A DNA stretch of 64,000 nt, from positions 128,001 to 192,000 of the forward strand of contig CAVSLV010000004.1 in the NCBI GenBank assembly GCA_963728915.1, given 5' to 3'. The position numbers and the translations under genes were made by a program. Below, piece by piece: positions 8,039 through 16,945 of this stretch. Origin of the DNA: an uncultured Gemmatimonadales bacterium. Lineage in GTDB: Bacteria; Gemmatimonadota; Gemmatimonadetes; Gemmatimonadales; GWC2-71-9. Each line of letters starts with the position of its first letter. The first letter of the stretch is position 1. The notes beneath the pieces are model-generated. The model ran no database searches and was not told where the DNA came from. It was given only the letters and a program-made list of their open reading frames with translations.

Positions 8039-10549
8039 ATGAACGAACGAATGATCCTTCCGGTGCTCCCCCTTCGTGACGTGATCCTGTTTCCTGGCGT
8101 CACGACTTCGATCGGGGCGGGGCGGCCCGGAACGGTACGCGCCATCGAGGCGGCGCTCGCCACCCCGGAGCGGTTGGTGTTCGCGGTCTGTCAGCGCGAG
8201 AACACCGAGCAGGTCTCTTCCGAAGGACTGTACACCATCGGCACTATCGCAAAGGTCGGTCAGCTCCAGCGTGGTCTTGCCGGCATGCAGCTGCTTCTCC
8301 ACGGTGAGCGGCGGGGCATCGCGATGCACGTCGCCGAGAAGAACGGCTATCTCGAGGCGATCGTGCGGGACGCCGAGGAAATGCCGCCGCTCAATCCCGA
8401 CGATGCCGCGTTCGTGGGCCTCTACCGGGAAGTCCGGGAGCGCGCCGCCGAGCTGGGCCAGAAATCCGGCCTCCCTGAAGAGGTAGTGCAGCAGGTCCTG
8501 AGTGGGGTGAACGATGCGGGACGGTTCGCCGATCTGGTGGCCGGCTACATCGACGTCGGGCCGCAACAGCGGCAGGCTCTGCTCGAGACGCTTTCGGTCG
8601 AGGAGCGGCTCCGCCGGGTGCTGGTCCAGGTCCAGCGCCAGATCTCGGTGATCGAAGCGCAGGAACAGATCAAATCGCAGGTGCAGGAAGAGCTGGGAGA
8701 ACGGCAGCGGGAGATGTTTCTCCGGGAACAGCTCAAGCAGATCCGGAAGGAGCTGGGCGAAGGAGAAGATGGGGACGACCTGGAAGAGCTGCGTGAGAAG
8801 CTCGCGACCCTCGATCTGCCGGCCGACGCGCGCAAGGAGGTGGATCGCGAGCTGGCCCGGCTGGATCGGATCGGCCGCGAATCGATGGAGACCCAGGTGA
8901 TCCGGACCTATCTGGAAACCATCGCCGAGCTGCCCTGGTCGGAACGAAGCGAAGAGCATCTGGACCTCAAAGTCGCTTCCGACATTCTCGAGGAAGACCA
9001 CTACGCCCTCGGGGATGTGAAGGACCGGGTGCTGGAGTTCCTGGCGGTCAGGCAGCTGAAGCAGAAGGCGGACGGGCGGACCGGCGGACCGGCGGACGGC
9101 GAGGTCGGGGAGGTCGGAGGGGAGCAACCGACCGCTCCGACTCCTCCGACCTCCCCGACCTCCCCGACCTCCCCGACCGACCGCGAAGCGCGCGGCCCGA
9201 TCCTGCTCTTTGTTGGACCGCCCGGTGTCGGCAAGACCTCGGTGGCGAAATCCATCGCCCGGGCGATGGGCCGGAAGTACGTCCGCATCTCGCTCGGCGG
9301 CGCCCGCGACGAGGCCGATATCCGGGGCCACCGGCGAACCTATGTCGGCGCAATGCCGGGCCGGATCATCCAGGGAATGAAGCAGGCCGGCACCAAGAAT
9401 CCGGTTTTCCTGCTCGACGAGGTGGACAAGCTGGGTGTCTCCTTCCAGGGAGACCCTGCGGCGGCGCTCCTCGAGGTTCTGGATCCCGCGCAGAACGACA
9501 GCTTCGTGGACCACTACCTGGGTGTTTCCTTCGACCTGAGCGAAGTGCTGTTCATCGCCACCGCGAATTTCGTCCAGAACATTCCGAGTCCGTTGCTCGA
9601 CCGGATGGAAATGGTGGAGTTCTCGGGGTACACCGAACGGGAAAAGCTGGAGATCGCCCGGCGATTCCTGATTCCGCGACAGCTCGAAGAGAACGGGTTG
9701 CTGGGAAGCCCGGTGACGTTCACCGACGCGGGGGTCGAGCATATCATCACCGGCTACACCCGGGAATCGGGTGTGCGCCAGCTCGAGCGGGAAATCGGCA
9801 AGATCGCCAGGAAAGTGGCGCGGCAAATCGCGGGAGAGGGGGCGGATAAGGTCGAGGTCGACGCCACCATGGCCGGCGAGCTGCTCGGCCGGCCGAAGGT
9901 GCACCCTGAAAAAGCCGCCGCGGGCGACGAAATCGGGGTGGCGACCGGGATGTATTACTCGCCGGTCGGCGGAGACATCATGTTCGTCGAAGCCTCGACC
10001 ATGCGGGGCAAAGGCGAGCTGGTCCTCACCGGCCAGCTGGGCGACGTGATGAAGGAGAGTGCGCGGGCCGCCTGGACCTACGCCCGTTCGCACGCGGCGG
10101 CGCTCCGGATTCCCGACGAGATGTTCGACCGGGACATCCATATCCACGTTCCCGCGGGCGCCATTCCGAAGGACGGTCCTTCGGCGGGGGTGACCATGGC
10201 GACCGCGCTCATCTCGGCGCTCTCAGGGCGCCCGGCGCGGCACGACATCGCGATGACCGGAGAAATCACCCTCCGGGGCCGGGTACTGCCGATCGGCGGG
10301 CTCAAGGAGAAAGTGCTCGGTGCGGAACGGGCCGGCATCACCCGCGTGGTGATCCCGAAGGAGAACCTGCCCGACCTGGCCGATCTCCCCAAGGAGGTAC
10401 AGGAGAAAGTGGAAATCCATCCGGTCGAGGAGCTCGGCGAGGTCCTCGCGCTGACGCTGCGCGGAGCGTCGTACCGGGAGGGCAGGCTGCTCTTCGGGGA
10501 AGAAAATCCCCGCGACGTGCAGCCGCTGACGGCCAGCTATCAGCACTAG
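8039..10549 (+). CDS. lon: ATP-dependent protease La (Lon)
   Basis: LPLRD N-domain, Walker A GPPGVGKTS, LLDEVDK, catalytic PKDGPSAG and GGLKEK; AAGGA RBS before ATG 8039. Confidence 0.97.
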   Translation: MNERMILPVLPLRDVILFPGVTTSIGAGRPGTVRAIEAALATPERLVFAVCQRENTEQVSSEGLYTIGTIAKVGQLQRGLAGMQLLLHGERRGIAMHVAEKNGYLEAIVRDAEEMPPLNPDDAAFVGLYREVRERAAELGQKSGLPEEVVQQVLSGVNDAGRFADLVAGYIDVGPQQRQALLETLSVEERLRRVLVQVQRQISVIEAQEQIKSQVQEELGERQREMFLREQLKQIRKELGEGEDGDDLEELREKLATLDLPADARKEVDRELARLDRIGRESMETQVIRTYLETIAELPWSERSEEHLDLKVASDILEEDHYALGDVKDRVLEFLAVRQLKQKADGRTGGPADGEVGEVGGEQPTAPTPPTSPTSPTSPTDREARGPILLFVGPPGVGKTSVAKSIARAMGRKYVRISLGGARDEADIRGHRRTYVGAMPGRIIQGMKQAGTKNPVFLLDEVDKLGVSFQGDPAAALLEVLDPAQNDSFVDHYLGVSFDLSEVLFIATANFVQNIPSPLLDRMEMVEFSGYTEREKLEIARRFLIPRQLEENGLLGSPVTFTDAGVEHIITGYTRESGVRQLEREIGKIARKVARQIAGEGADKVEVDATMAGELLGRPKVHPEKAAAGDEIGVATGMYYSPVGGDIMFVEASTMRGKGELVLTGQLGDVMKESARAAWTYARSHAAALRIPDEMFDRDIHIHVPAGAIPKDGPSAGVTMATALISALSGRPARHDIAMTGEITLRGRVLPIGGLKEKVLGAERAGITRVVIPKENLPDLADLPKEVQEKVEIHPVEELGEVLALTLRGASYREGRLLFGEENPRDVQPLTASYQH
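9067..9182. repeat. In-frame tandem plus inverted repeat insertion inside lon
   Basis: 8-nt GGCGGAC(C/G) x4, then gaggtcggggaggtcggagg (9101-9120) exactly complementary to cctccgacctccccgacctc (9143-9162); 9-nt ccgacctcc tandem encodes PTSPTSPTS. Confidence 0.85.
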
Positions 10550-10551
10550 AG

Positions 10552-10587
10552 GAACGGAGGGGCGGAGGTGAACCCTCCGCCCCGTTC
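10552..10587. terminator. Hairpin between convergent lon and diguanylate cyclase genes
   Basis: ggggcggagg-tgaac-cctccgcccc stem with flanking gaac/gttc; no long U tract. Confidence 0.55.
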
Positions 10588-10588
10588 G

Positions 10589-12202
10589 TCATCGCTTCCT
10601 GGCGTTCACCACCTTATCGCGTCCGGTCTGCTTCGCTTCGACCAGGGCCTGCTCGGCTTCCCACAACAGATCGCCCGCCGACGTCGCGCCGGTCGAGGCG
10701 GTGCTCGCGATTCCCGCGGACAGCCGGATCGGAAAGTGGATCCCCTCGACCTCGGGGGGGCGCTCGACCAGCCCGGTCCGCAGCTGATTGGTGAGCGCCT
10801 CGGCATCCGAGGATCCGCACTGCCTGAGCAGCATCCCGAATTCCTCGCCCCCCATCCGGATCGCGAAATCGCTGGCGCGGATCCGGCGGCCGATGGCCGC
10901 CGCGACATAGAGCAGGATCTGGTCGCCGATCCGGCGGCCGAGCTGTTCGTTCACCCGGCGGAAGTGATCGATGTCGAGCAGGACGAACGTCACTTCCTCG
11001 CCGCTGCGCTGGCAGTGGGCCACCACCGACTCGAGCTCGTCTTCGAACGCACTCCGGGTCAGAAAGCCGGTCAGGGCATCGCGCCGGAGCAGGGCTTCGA
11101 GGCGCCGGCTGCGGCGGGCCCGGTGAACCGCTTCCGCCACCAGCCGGGTCTGGCTGATCGGGCGGACCATCGGGGCGTCCACGCCGGCGGTGAGCATTTC
11201 TTCGAAGATCGCGTCGTGATCCGGGGTGGTGACGGCCAGGACCGGAACCAGCGAGAGCTGGGGATTGGCCCGCATGGCCCGCACCAGAACGGCGGCGCTC
11301 TGTTCGGGAAGGGACCAGTCGACCACCAGGAGGTCGGGAGGCTCCTCCTCGATCTCTCCTAACCCGGCGCTGGCCGAGGACACGCCGGTGACCAGGACTC
11401 CGGCCCCTTCGAGCCACTGGGTGACCGCCAGCCGCTCGGCTTCCTCGGGCAGCACCAGCAGCGCCGCCAGAGGAGTCACCGCGGTCCTCCCCAGGGCGCG
11501 GGCCCAGCGGGCGATCTCGGCTTCGGCCCTGGCGTTGGTCACCAATAGGTCGATCCCGGGCAAGCCACTCTCGAGCAGCTGCTCGAGCGGTCGATCGGTG
11601 ATCAGCGCCACGCCCAGGGTGTGGGGAGAAACCGTCTCGAGCCACGGGGCGAGCACGGCGGGGTGATCCTGTTCCGGCCCCGGGGCCAGGACCAGGAGAT
11701 CGGGGCGCTCCGACACCGGAATGCCGGCCACATCCGCCATCGAACCATTGGTGACCGAGAAGCGCGCGTCGCGCAGCGTGTCGGCCAGACGGGACTGGAG
11801 GTCGCCACTCTCCCCGGCGATATGGGCTCGCCATCCGAAGTTGCCGGTCCGCGATCCGGCAGCTCCCGCCTGGAGCGCCCGCGCGGCGTCGTCGAACGCG
11901 CTCGCAATCCGGCCCACCACTCCGCCGAGGAAGGCAAATCCCTCTTCGTCGGGGTCGGGGTTGTCGATGAGCCAATGTTCCCCGGCCCGGCTCGCATCGG
12001 TGATCGCCTGAAATCCGTAGCTTCCTCCCGATCCGGCGAGCTTGTGAAATCGGGAGCGAAGCGAGGCCAGGGCTTCGGGTTCATTGGCACAGGCGGCGGC
12101 GAGATCCTTGCGCAGCTCATCGAGCCGCCCGGGAGCCTCGGCCAGGTATTCCTGCCGAAGCTGCTGAAAGATCTCGTCGGTAAGATCCGGCTCGTCGCTC
12201 AT
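10589..12202 (-). CDS. Hpt-REC-GGDEF diguanylate cyclase response regulator
   Basis: Hpt HKLAGSGGSYGF; REC PDLLVVD; DIDHF; RASD I-site followed by GGEEF. Confidence 0.9.
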   Translation of the reverse strand: MSDEPDLTDEIFQQLRQEYLAEAPGRLDELRKDLAAACANEPEALASLRSRFHKLAGSGGSYGFQAITDASRAGEHWLIDNPDPDEEGFAFLGGVVGRIASAFDDAARALQAGAAGSRTGNFGWRAHIAGESGDLQSRLADTLRDARFSVTNGSMADVAGIPVSERPDLLVLAPGPEQDHPAVLAPWLETVSPHTLGVALITDRPLEQLLESGLPGIDLLVTNARAEAEIARWARALGRTAVTPLAALLVLPEEAERLAVTQWLEGAGVLVTGVSSASAGLGEIEEEPPDLLVVDWSLPEQSAAVLVRAMRANPQLSLVPVLAVTTPDHDAIFEEMLTAGVDAPMVRPISQTRLVAEAVHRARRSRRLEALLRRDALTGFLTRSAFEDELESVVAHCQRSGEEVTFVLLDIDHFRRVNEQLGRRIGDQILLYVAAAIGRRIRASDFAIRMGGEEFGMLLRQCGSSDAEALTNQLRTGLVERPPEVEGIHFPIRLSAGIASTASTGATSAGDLLWEAEQALVEAKQTGRDKVVNARKR

Positions 12203-12885
12203 CCCCTGCTCCGAAGCTGCTCGATGGCCAGTCTCGCCGCGGCGATCAGGGTGGGGGACGTTCCCCAGTGGCCGATCACCCGGTCTCCCTCACGGGCGGC
12301 GACCAGCGCGCTCCGCCGATCCACCACGAGCAGGAACGGCTGTCCTGGCCAGCCGTTCTCTCCGCTCGTGATCTGCAGATCCCCGAACGGAAGGTCCACC
12401 GCCGCGGTCGAGGAAAGCGACAGCGCCACACCGGCGCCCGCGGCCTTGCGGAGCGCGGGAACCAGTGGAGGAAAAGCTTCGGGTGAGGCGTGCAGCACGA
12501 TTTCCGTGGCCGCCCGGGCGGCCTCGCGGGAAGCGATCTGGATCGCCCCTCTCGCAGAGGCCAGCTCAAGCAGGGTGGGCGTGGGTGGAGTTGACATCTT
12601 TTCGATGGACCGGCTCACCTGGTCCAGCGCCTCGGCCTGTCGCTCCAGGATCCGGGCCACCAGCGCATCGGGGGGTTCGGGCCGATACCGCTTCGGCCGG
12701 CCTTCTTCTACCCGAGCCAGTCCCTTCTGCACCAGCCCCTCCAGGGCGCCGTAGGCATTGGCCCGGGCCAGTCCGGCGCTCCGGGCGATCGCATAGCCGG
12801 TCCCGGGACCGCCTCGCAGGAGGACTTCATACACCAGGCTCTCGGTCGGTGTAAAGCCGAACGCGGTGAGGTCCAGCCCGGCCAC
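12199..12885 (-). CDS. TrmB family transcriptional regulator
   Basis: GFTPTES.VY.VLL..GP.TGY.IA..GL.RANAY..LE.LV.KGL winged-helix pattern. Confidence 0.85.
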   Translation of the reverse strand: MAGLDLTAFGFTPTESLVYEVLLRGGPGTGYAIARSAGLARANAYGALEGLVQKGLARVEEGRPKRYRPEPPDALVARILERQAEALDQVSRSIEKMSTPPTPTLLELASARGAIQIASREAARAATEIVLHASPEAFPPLVPALRKAAGAGVALSLSSTAAVDLPFGDLQITSGENGWPGQPFLLVVDRRSALVAAREGDRVIGHWGTSPTLIAAARLAIEQLRSRG

Positions 12886-12886
12886 T

Positions 12887-13996
12887 TCAGCGGTACTCCA
12901 ACCCCCATCCCAGGAGCTTGGCGATCAGCGCGAGACGGAAGGTGACGTCGACCAGCCGGGAATCCGGCGACTTGCCCTCGAGATTGAGGGGGTAGTAATG
13001 CACGGTCGCTTTGCTGACCGCGCGCGGCGCCGTTTTGAGGGACTTGGGACGCCACACGCCTTCCTCGTCGCACTCGGAGAGGAGCTTCGCCAGCACTTTC
13101 GTCGCGACAGGATTGGTGTGGAGGGCGTGGATCCGGGCCAGCGTCTCGATGAAATAGAGAGCGAGCGGAATGTCCTTGGCATTCCCCTTGGCATCCGCTG
13201 CGATTGGATCGCCGAGCAACAGGACGTCGGGCCGGACCACCTTCTTCCCGACCTGCCACGCGAAGGCCTTCTTGGGGGCGGGCATGCCGAGGTACTGGCC
13301 GAGGCGTTCGGTAAAGCCGGCCCGCTCGCGCTGGAGGTTCGGCATCGCGGCGATCATGGCGACCGAGTACCAGGTGGGTGGATGCGCTTCGGGGCTCAGG
13401 ATGGTCTTGGAGCCAGCCCGCACGAAGGGCTTTTCCGCCAGTGGACTTCTGAGAAACGCCGAAACCGAGGTGGCGATCTTGTGGGCTGCGCCGCGGAGCC
13501 TCGGGTCTTCCAGATAGCCGGCTTCGGCGAGGGCCGCCGCCGAGGCCTCCCGCATGTGCTCCCGGGCCCATTCCCCGGCGGGGGCCGAATCCCGATAGAA
13601 CTTGGTGAATTCGAACTGGAGAAAGGGATCATCATCGCGAGAGAGGAGCCGGAAAAGAATCCGGTCCGCCAGCTTGAAGGGCCGCCCGCTCTTCGGATAA
13701 CCGAGCTGGAGCAATCGCCGATAATTGGGGATTGTCCCAACCTCCTTGATTCCGTCTTTCGCGAGCGGCGCCAGCCCGAGCAGGTTCCCGCCCCATACCC
13801 CGTTGTCCTTCTGCTTTCGCACCACGGCCTGGGCCAGCTTGGAATCCACCACGGCGGTTTCGTCCGCCGCGTAGCCTTCCGGAGGCAACGGGACTGGTTG
13901 GTAGGCAAGCTCTCGGCGGGTCCTGAGCCGGACGGTTTCGCTACCGTGCTCGAGGAGCCATGTGACTGGCACACGGTGAGAATTGGGCAGGTCCAG
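12887..13996 (-). CDS. Conserved hypothetical protein, possible prenyltransferase/squalene-cyclase-like helical fold; start is CTG 13996 or GTG 13972
   Basis: WLLE N-terminus, Q..NGVW and EGVW QW-like repeats; GGAGG 6 nt before in-frame CTG. Confidence 0.7.
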   Translation of the reverse strand: MDLPNSHRVPVTWLLEHGSETVRLRTRRELAYQPVPLPPEGYAADETAVVDSKLAQAVVRKQKDNGVWGGNLLGLAPLAKDGIKEVGTIPNYRRLLQLGYPKSGRPFKLADRILFRLLSRDDDPFLQFEFTKFYRDSAPAGEWAREHMREASAAALAEAGYLEDPRLRGAAHKIATSVSAFLRSPLAEKPFVRAGSKTILSPEAHPPTWYSVAMIAAMPNLQRERAGFTERLGQYLGMPAPKKAFAWQVGKKVVRPDVLLLGDPIAADAKGNAKDIPLALYFIETLARIHALHTNPVATKVLAKLLSECDEEGVWRPKSLKTAPRAVSKATVHYYPLNLEGKSPDSRLVDVTFRLALIAKLLGWGLEYR

Positions 13997-14053
13997 AGGG
14001 CCCCTCCCGGCAAATTGTGGTGTAATAGCGCGCCAAGATAGTAGCGTTTGCTG

Positions 14054-15004
14054 CTACAAACCAGAGTCGCTCGGGGTGGCGGAAGGGCCGGGGGAGCCGG
14101 AATTGCCGGGGCAGACGGTGTCCGGATCGGCGTCGAGAAAGGCCCGGAAGGCTGCCACCACGGTATCCGGGACCTCAGCCTGGGGTCGATGGAAGGCCCT
14201 GGGGAGAGGGACGAACCGGACACAGGGAATCGAGCGCGAGAGGGTATCGCCAACCGCAAAGGGGACGACGGGATCCAACCCACCCCAGATGAGGAGGGTT
14301 GGTTGTCGAATCTCCCGAAACCGGTTCCGGAGTGCCACGAAATCAAATTCTTCGAGGATCCGGGTAGCGGCACGGCTGTAGGCGGGGTCCTCGGTGAGAT
14401 CGTAGCCCTTGAGCGAATCGGGCTCCGCGAGCCAGCCGGGGTCGTGAATCGGGGTGATGAAGGAGCGCAGGGCGAGGTACTTGCCGATGGTCCTGGCACG
14501 GCCCGGAGTCATGGATTCGGTGATTCCGCCCAGGCCGATCCGGTAACCCGCCGGGGCGATGAGCACCAGGCGAACGATGCGGTCGGGCCGCTCCAGGGCC
14601 AGCGAGGCGGCGATGGCGCCCCCCATCGAGTGGCCCACGATCACCACCGGTCCCGCGGTCCAGCGATCCAGGAACCGGGAAAGCCGATTGGTCATGGCCT
14701 CGAGCGTGTAGGGGACATCGGGCTTGTCGCTGGCTCCTTCGCCGGGCAGATCGAGGGCGATCACGTGATGGTGTTCGGCCAGGCGATCGAAAATCGAGCG
14801 CCAGGTGGTGAGCGATTCGCCGTAGCCATGGAGCAGCACCAGGGTGGGTGCGCCGCTGCCGGCCCGGACGGTGCGGAGCCGGACCCCGTCCACCGCCAGC
14901 CACTCGGCGCGGTGAGGCGGGTCGGGCATCGGCCGGTCCAGCCGGACCCAGTAGCTCCCCAGCACCGGGACCAGAAAGGACCAGCGGGTCAGCCACCGAC
15001 TCAT
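14054..15004 (-). CDS. Alpha/beta fold hydrolase
   Basis: LLHGYG, DLPGEG, GHSMGG nucleophile, WGGLD, H.PQ.E; ATG overlaps upstream stop (ATGA). Confidence 0.88.
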   Translation of the reverse strand: MSRWLTRWSFLVPVLGSYWVRLDRPMPDPPHRAEWLAVDGVRLRTVRAGSGAPTLVLLHGYGESLTTWRSIFDRLAEHHHVIALDLPGEGASDKPDVPYTLEAMTNRLSRFLDRWTAGPVVIVGHSMGGAIAASLALERPDRIVRLVLIAPAGYRIGLGGITESMTPGRARTIGKYLALRSFITPIHDPGWLAEPDSLKGYDLTEDPAYSRAATRILEEFDFVALRNRFREIRQPTLLIWGGLDPVVPFAVGDTLSRSIPCVRFVPLPRAFHRPQAEVPDTVVAAFRAFLDADPDTVCPGNSGSPGPSATPSDSGL

Positions 15005-16671
15005 CGCCCGAAGACCGTGAGCACCGCAGTGGTGGGTTCGGCCCCTCCAGTCCCCGACAGCACGGCGATGTACTGCTTGCCATCGGGACCGAGAAAGGCG
15101 ATGGGACTGCCCAGGATGCCGGCCGGCGCCTGGAATTTCCAGAGCTCCCGGCCCGAGCTCTGATCGGTCGCCTTGAACCAGCCGTTCAGGGTTCCGTAGA
15201 ACACCAGGCCGCCCGCGGTGGTCAGGACGCCGCCGGAAATCGGAGCTTCCTCGCGATTCTCCCATTGGAGAGCAGCCTGTTCCGCGTTCCAGGCGACCAA
15301 TCTTCCGCTGACATTGCCGGGGCCCGGCGTGATCGTCACCCCGACGCCGTTTCCACCGGGGAGGATGGTCATGTCCATGCAGAGATTGTTGACCGGCACG
15401 AAGAAGAGATTCGCCGGCGCGGCGTAGGCGGCGGGGGCGGGACCCTTCATGCCGATGGCGGAGGGACAGACGCCTTCGGTGGCGCGCCCGCCCCGGGGGG
15501 CTTCGAACCCGGGCTCGACCACGGGTCGCGCCCCGGCAAGGTCCACGACGGATGCCCAGTTGAGAGGCCCGAACCGCTCCGCCATGAGGAGCTTCCCGGT
15601 GGCGCGATCCACGGTGTAGACGAAGCCGTTCCGGTCGAAATGGACCAGGGCGGTGACCGGCTGTGCTCCGATGGTGAGATCGGCGAGGATGTTCTCGTTC
15701 GCCGCGCCGTACCCCCACTGATCGTGGGGAGTGAGCTGGAGGATCCAGCGGACCCGGCCGGTGGCGAGATCGCGGGCCATGATGCTGGAGGTCCACTTGT
15801 TGTCCCCGGGCCGCGCCGCCGGGTTAGGAGGGGCGGGGGGGCCGGTGCCGGCGTACACCAGGTTGAGCCGGGGGTCCCAGGAGAGCCACCCGGTGCCGCC
15901 GCCGCCCCGCTTCCACTGGTCGCCGGCCCAGGTGCGGACCCCGAGTTCGCGATCCTGGTGGGAGGGATAGGCGGCGTTGGCGGGTCCGTCGAGTCGCACC
16001 AGGCTGTCCGGTCCGGTGGTCCATCCGCGCCAGACCAGCCGTCCGTTCATCGCGTCGTAGGCGGTCAGGTAGCCCGCGGCCCCCGAGCCGCCGGTGCCGA
16101 CCAGGACCAGGTTGCCGGCCACGAGGGGCGGGCCGGGCAGGGTGGCCCCGGTCCGCCAATCGGAATTCCTAACCCGCCAGATCTCCCGACCGGTGCGGGC
16201 GTCCAGGGCAGCCAGCTCGCCGGGGAGGATCGGGACGTAGAGCTTGCCGCTGTCGTGGAAGCCCAGTCCCTGGCTCACCGCGGTGCTGTCGGGCGGATAG
16301 GAGGACGGGAGGAGCGGAGGAGTCGGGGCATGCCAGCGCCAGCGGACCGGCGACTGGGGGCGGGTGAGGTCGAGCGCGACGACCTGGTTGGGCCACGGGG
16401 TGAGCAGGTAGAGCATCGTGCCGACCACCAGGGGGTTGCCCGCGGCGCCGCCGGAGACCCCGGTGGAAAAGGTCCACACCGGCCGGAGGCCGGCCACGTT
16501 CTCCCGGGTGATCTGGTCGAGCGGACTGTAGCGGGTTAACGAAGGATCACCGCCGGGCCAGCCCCAGTCGGACCGCTCGGGATTCGCACGCTGCGCAACG
16601 GTGGACCGGGGAGCAACGAGGCAGGCGGTCAGGAGGAGGATGGCGCGTCCTGATGCCGCGAGAACCTTCAT
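15001..16671 (-). CDS. PQQ beta-propeller protein of the methanol/ethanol dehydrogenase family, catalytically degenerate
   Basis: Signal peptide; RYSPLDQIT, RPGDNKW, HFDRNG, FFVP.NN.CM, GGLVFYGTL.GWFKA; lacks CC, Glu, Asn and Asp ligands. Confidence 0.85.
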   Translation of the reverse strand: MKVLAASGRAILLLTACLVAPRSTVAQRANPERSDWGWPGGDPSLTRYSPLDQITRENVAGLRPVWTFSTGVSGGAAGNPLVVGTMLYLLTPWPNQVVALDLTRPQSPVRWRWHAPTPPLLPSSYPPDSTAVSQGLGFHDSGKLYVPILPGELAALDARTGREIWRVRNSDWRTGATLPGPPLVAGNLVLVGTGGSGAAGYLTAYDAMNGRLVWRGWTTGPDSLVRLDGPANAAYPSHQDRELGVRTWAGDQWKRGGGGTGWLSWDPRLNLVYAGTGPPAPPNPAARPGDNKWTSSIMARDLATGRVRWILQLTPHDQWGYGAANENILADLTIGAQPVTALVHFDRNGFVYTVDRATGKLLMAERFGPLNWASVVDLAGARPVVEPGFEAPRGGRATEGVCPSAIGMKGPAPAAYAAPANLFFVPVNNLCMDMTILPGGNGVGVTITPGPGNVSGRLVAWNAEQAALQWENREEAPISGGVLTTAGGLVFYGTLNGWFKATDQSSGRELWKFQAPAGILGSPIAFLGPDGKQYIAVLSGTGGAEPTTAVLTVFGR

Positions 16672-16720
16672 GGCTCCATATTAATCGACTAGGATTCCCC
16701 TTCTTCTTCCGGGAGGCGCC

Positions 16721-16945
16721 ATGCAGGTCACCATTGCCTACTGCGTCGTCTGAAACTACGAGCCACGCGCCGCCGGTCTGGCGGCGGAGCTGCGCAGCGC
16801 GCTGGGCGCGGAGGTCAAGCTGGTGCCTTCCTCGGGCGGGATCTTTGATGTGGCGGTGGATGGGGCCGTGGTGTTCTCCAAGAAGCAAGCCGGCCGCCAC
16901 GCCCAGCCCGGCGAGGTGATGCGGTTGATCGAGGCGCGGTCGTGA
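16721..16945 (+). CDS. Rdx (SelW/SelT/SelH) family selenoprotein, 74 aa, UGA read as Sec at 16751-16753
   Basis: GGAGG RBS; MQVTIAYCVVUNYEPRAAGLAAEL...SSGGIFDVAVDG.VVFSK; final stop overlaps pfkA GTG. Confidence 0.92.
16769..16785 (+). promoter_or_regulatory. Bacterial SECIS hairpin
   Basis: GCCGCC-GGTCT-GGCGGC, loop about 21 nt after the UGA; GGUCU core resembles the E. coli fdhF SECIS. Confidence 0.8.

Noticed and set aside
9067..9182. Repeats in lon as a CRISPR array
   Set aside because: Units are 8-9 nt with no unique spacers, and no cas genes are in the window.
15001..16671. Calling the PQQ gene xoxF/mxaF as evidence of methylotrophy
   Set aside because: The catalytic and metal ligands are missing and there are no xoxG/xoxJ or pqq genes nearby.
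16751..16753. In-frame TGA read as a pseudogene lesion
   Set aside because: It sits exactly at the CxxU position and is followed by a SECIS-like hairpin.
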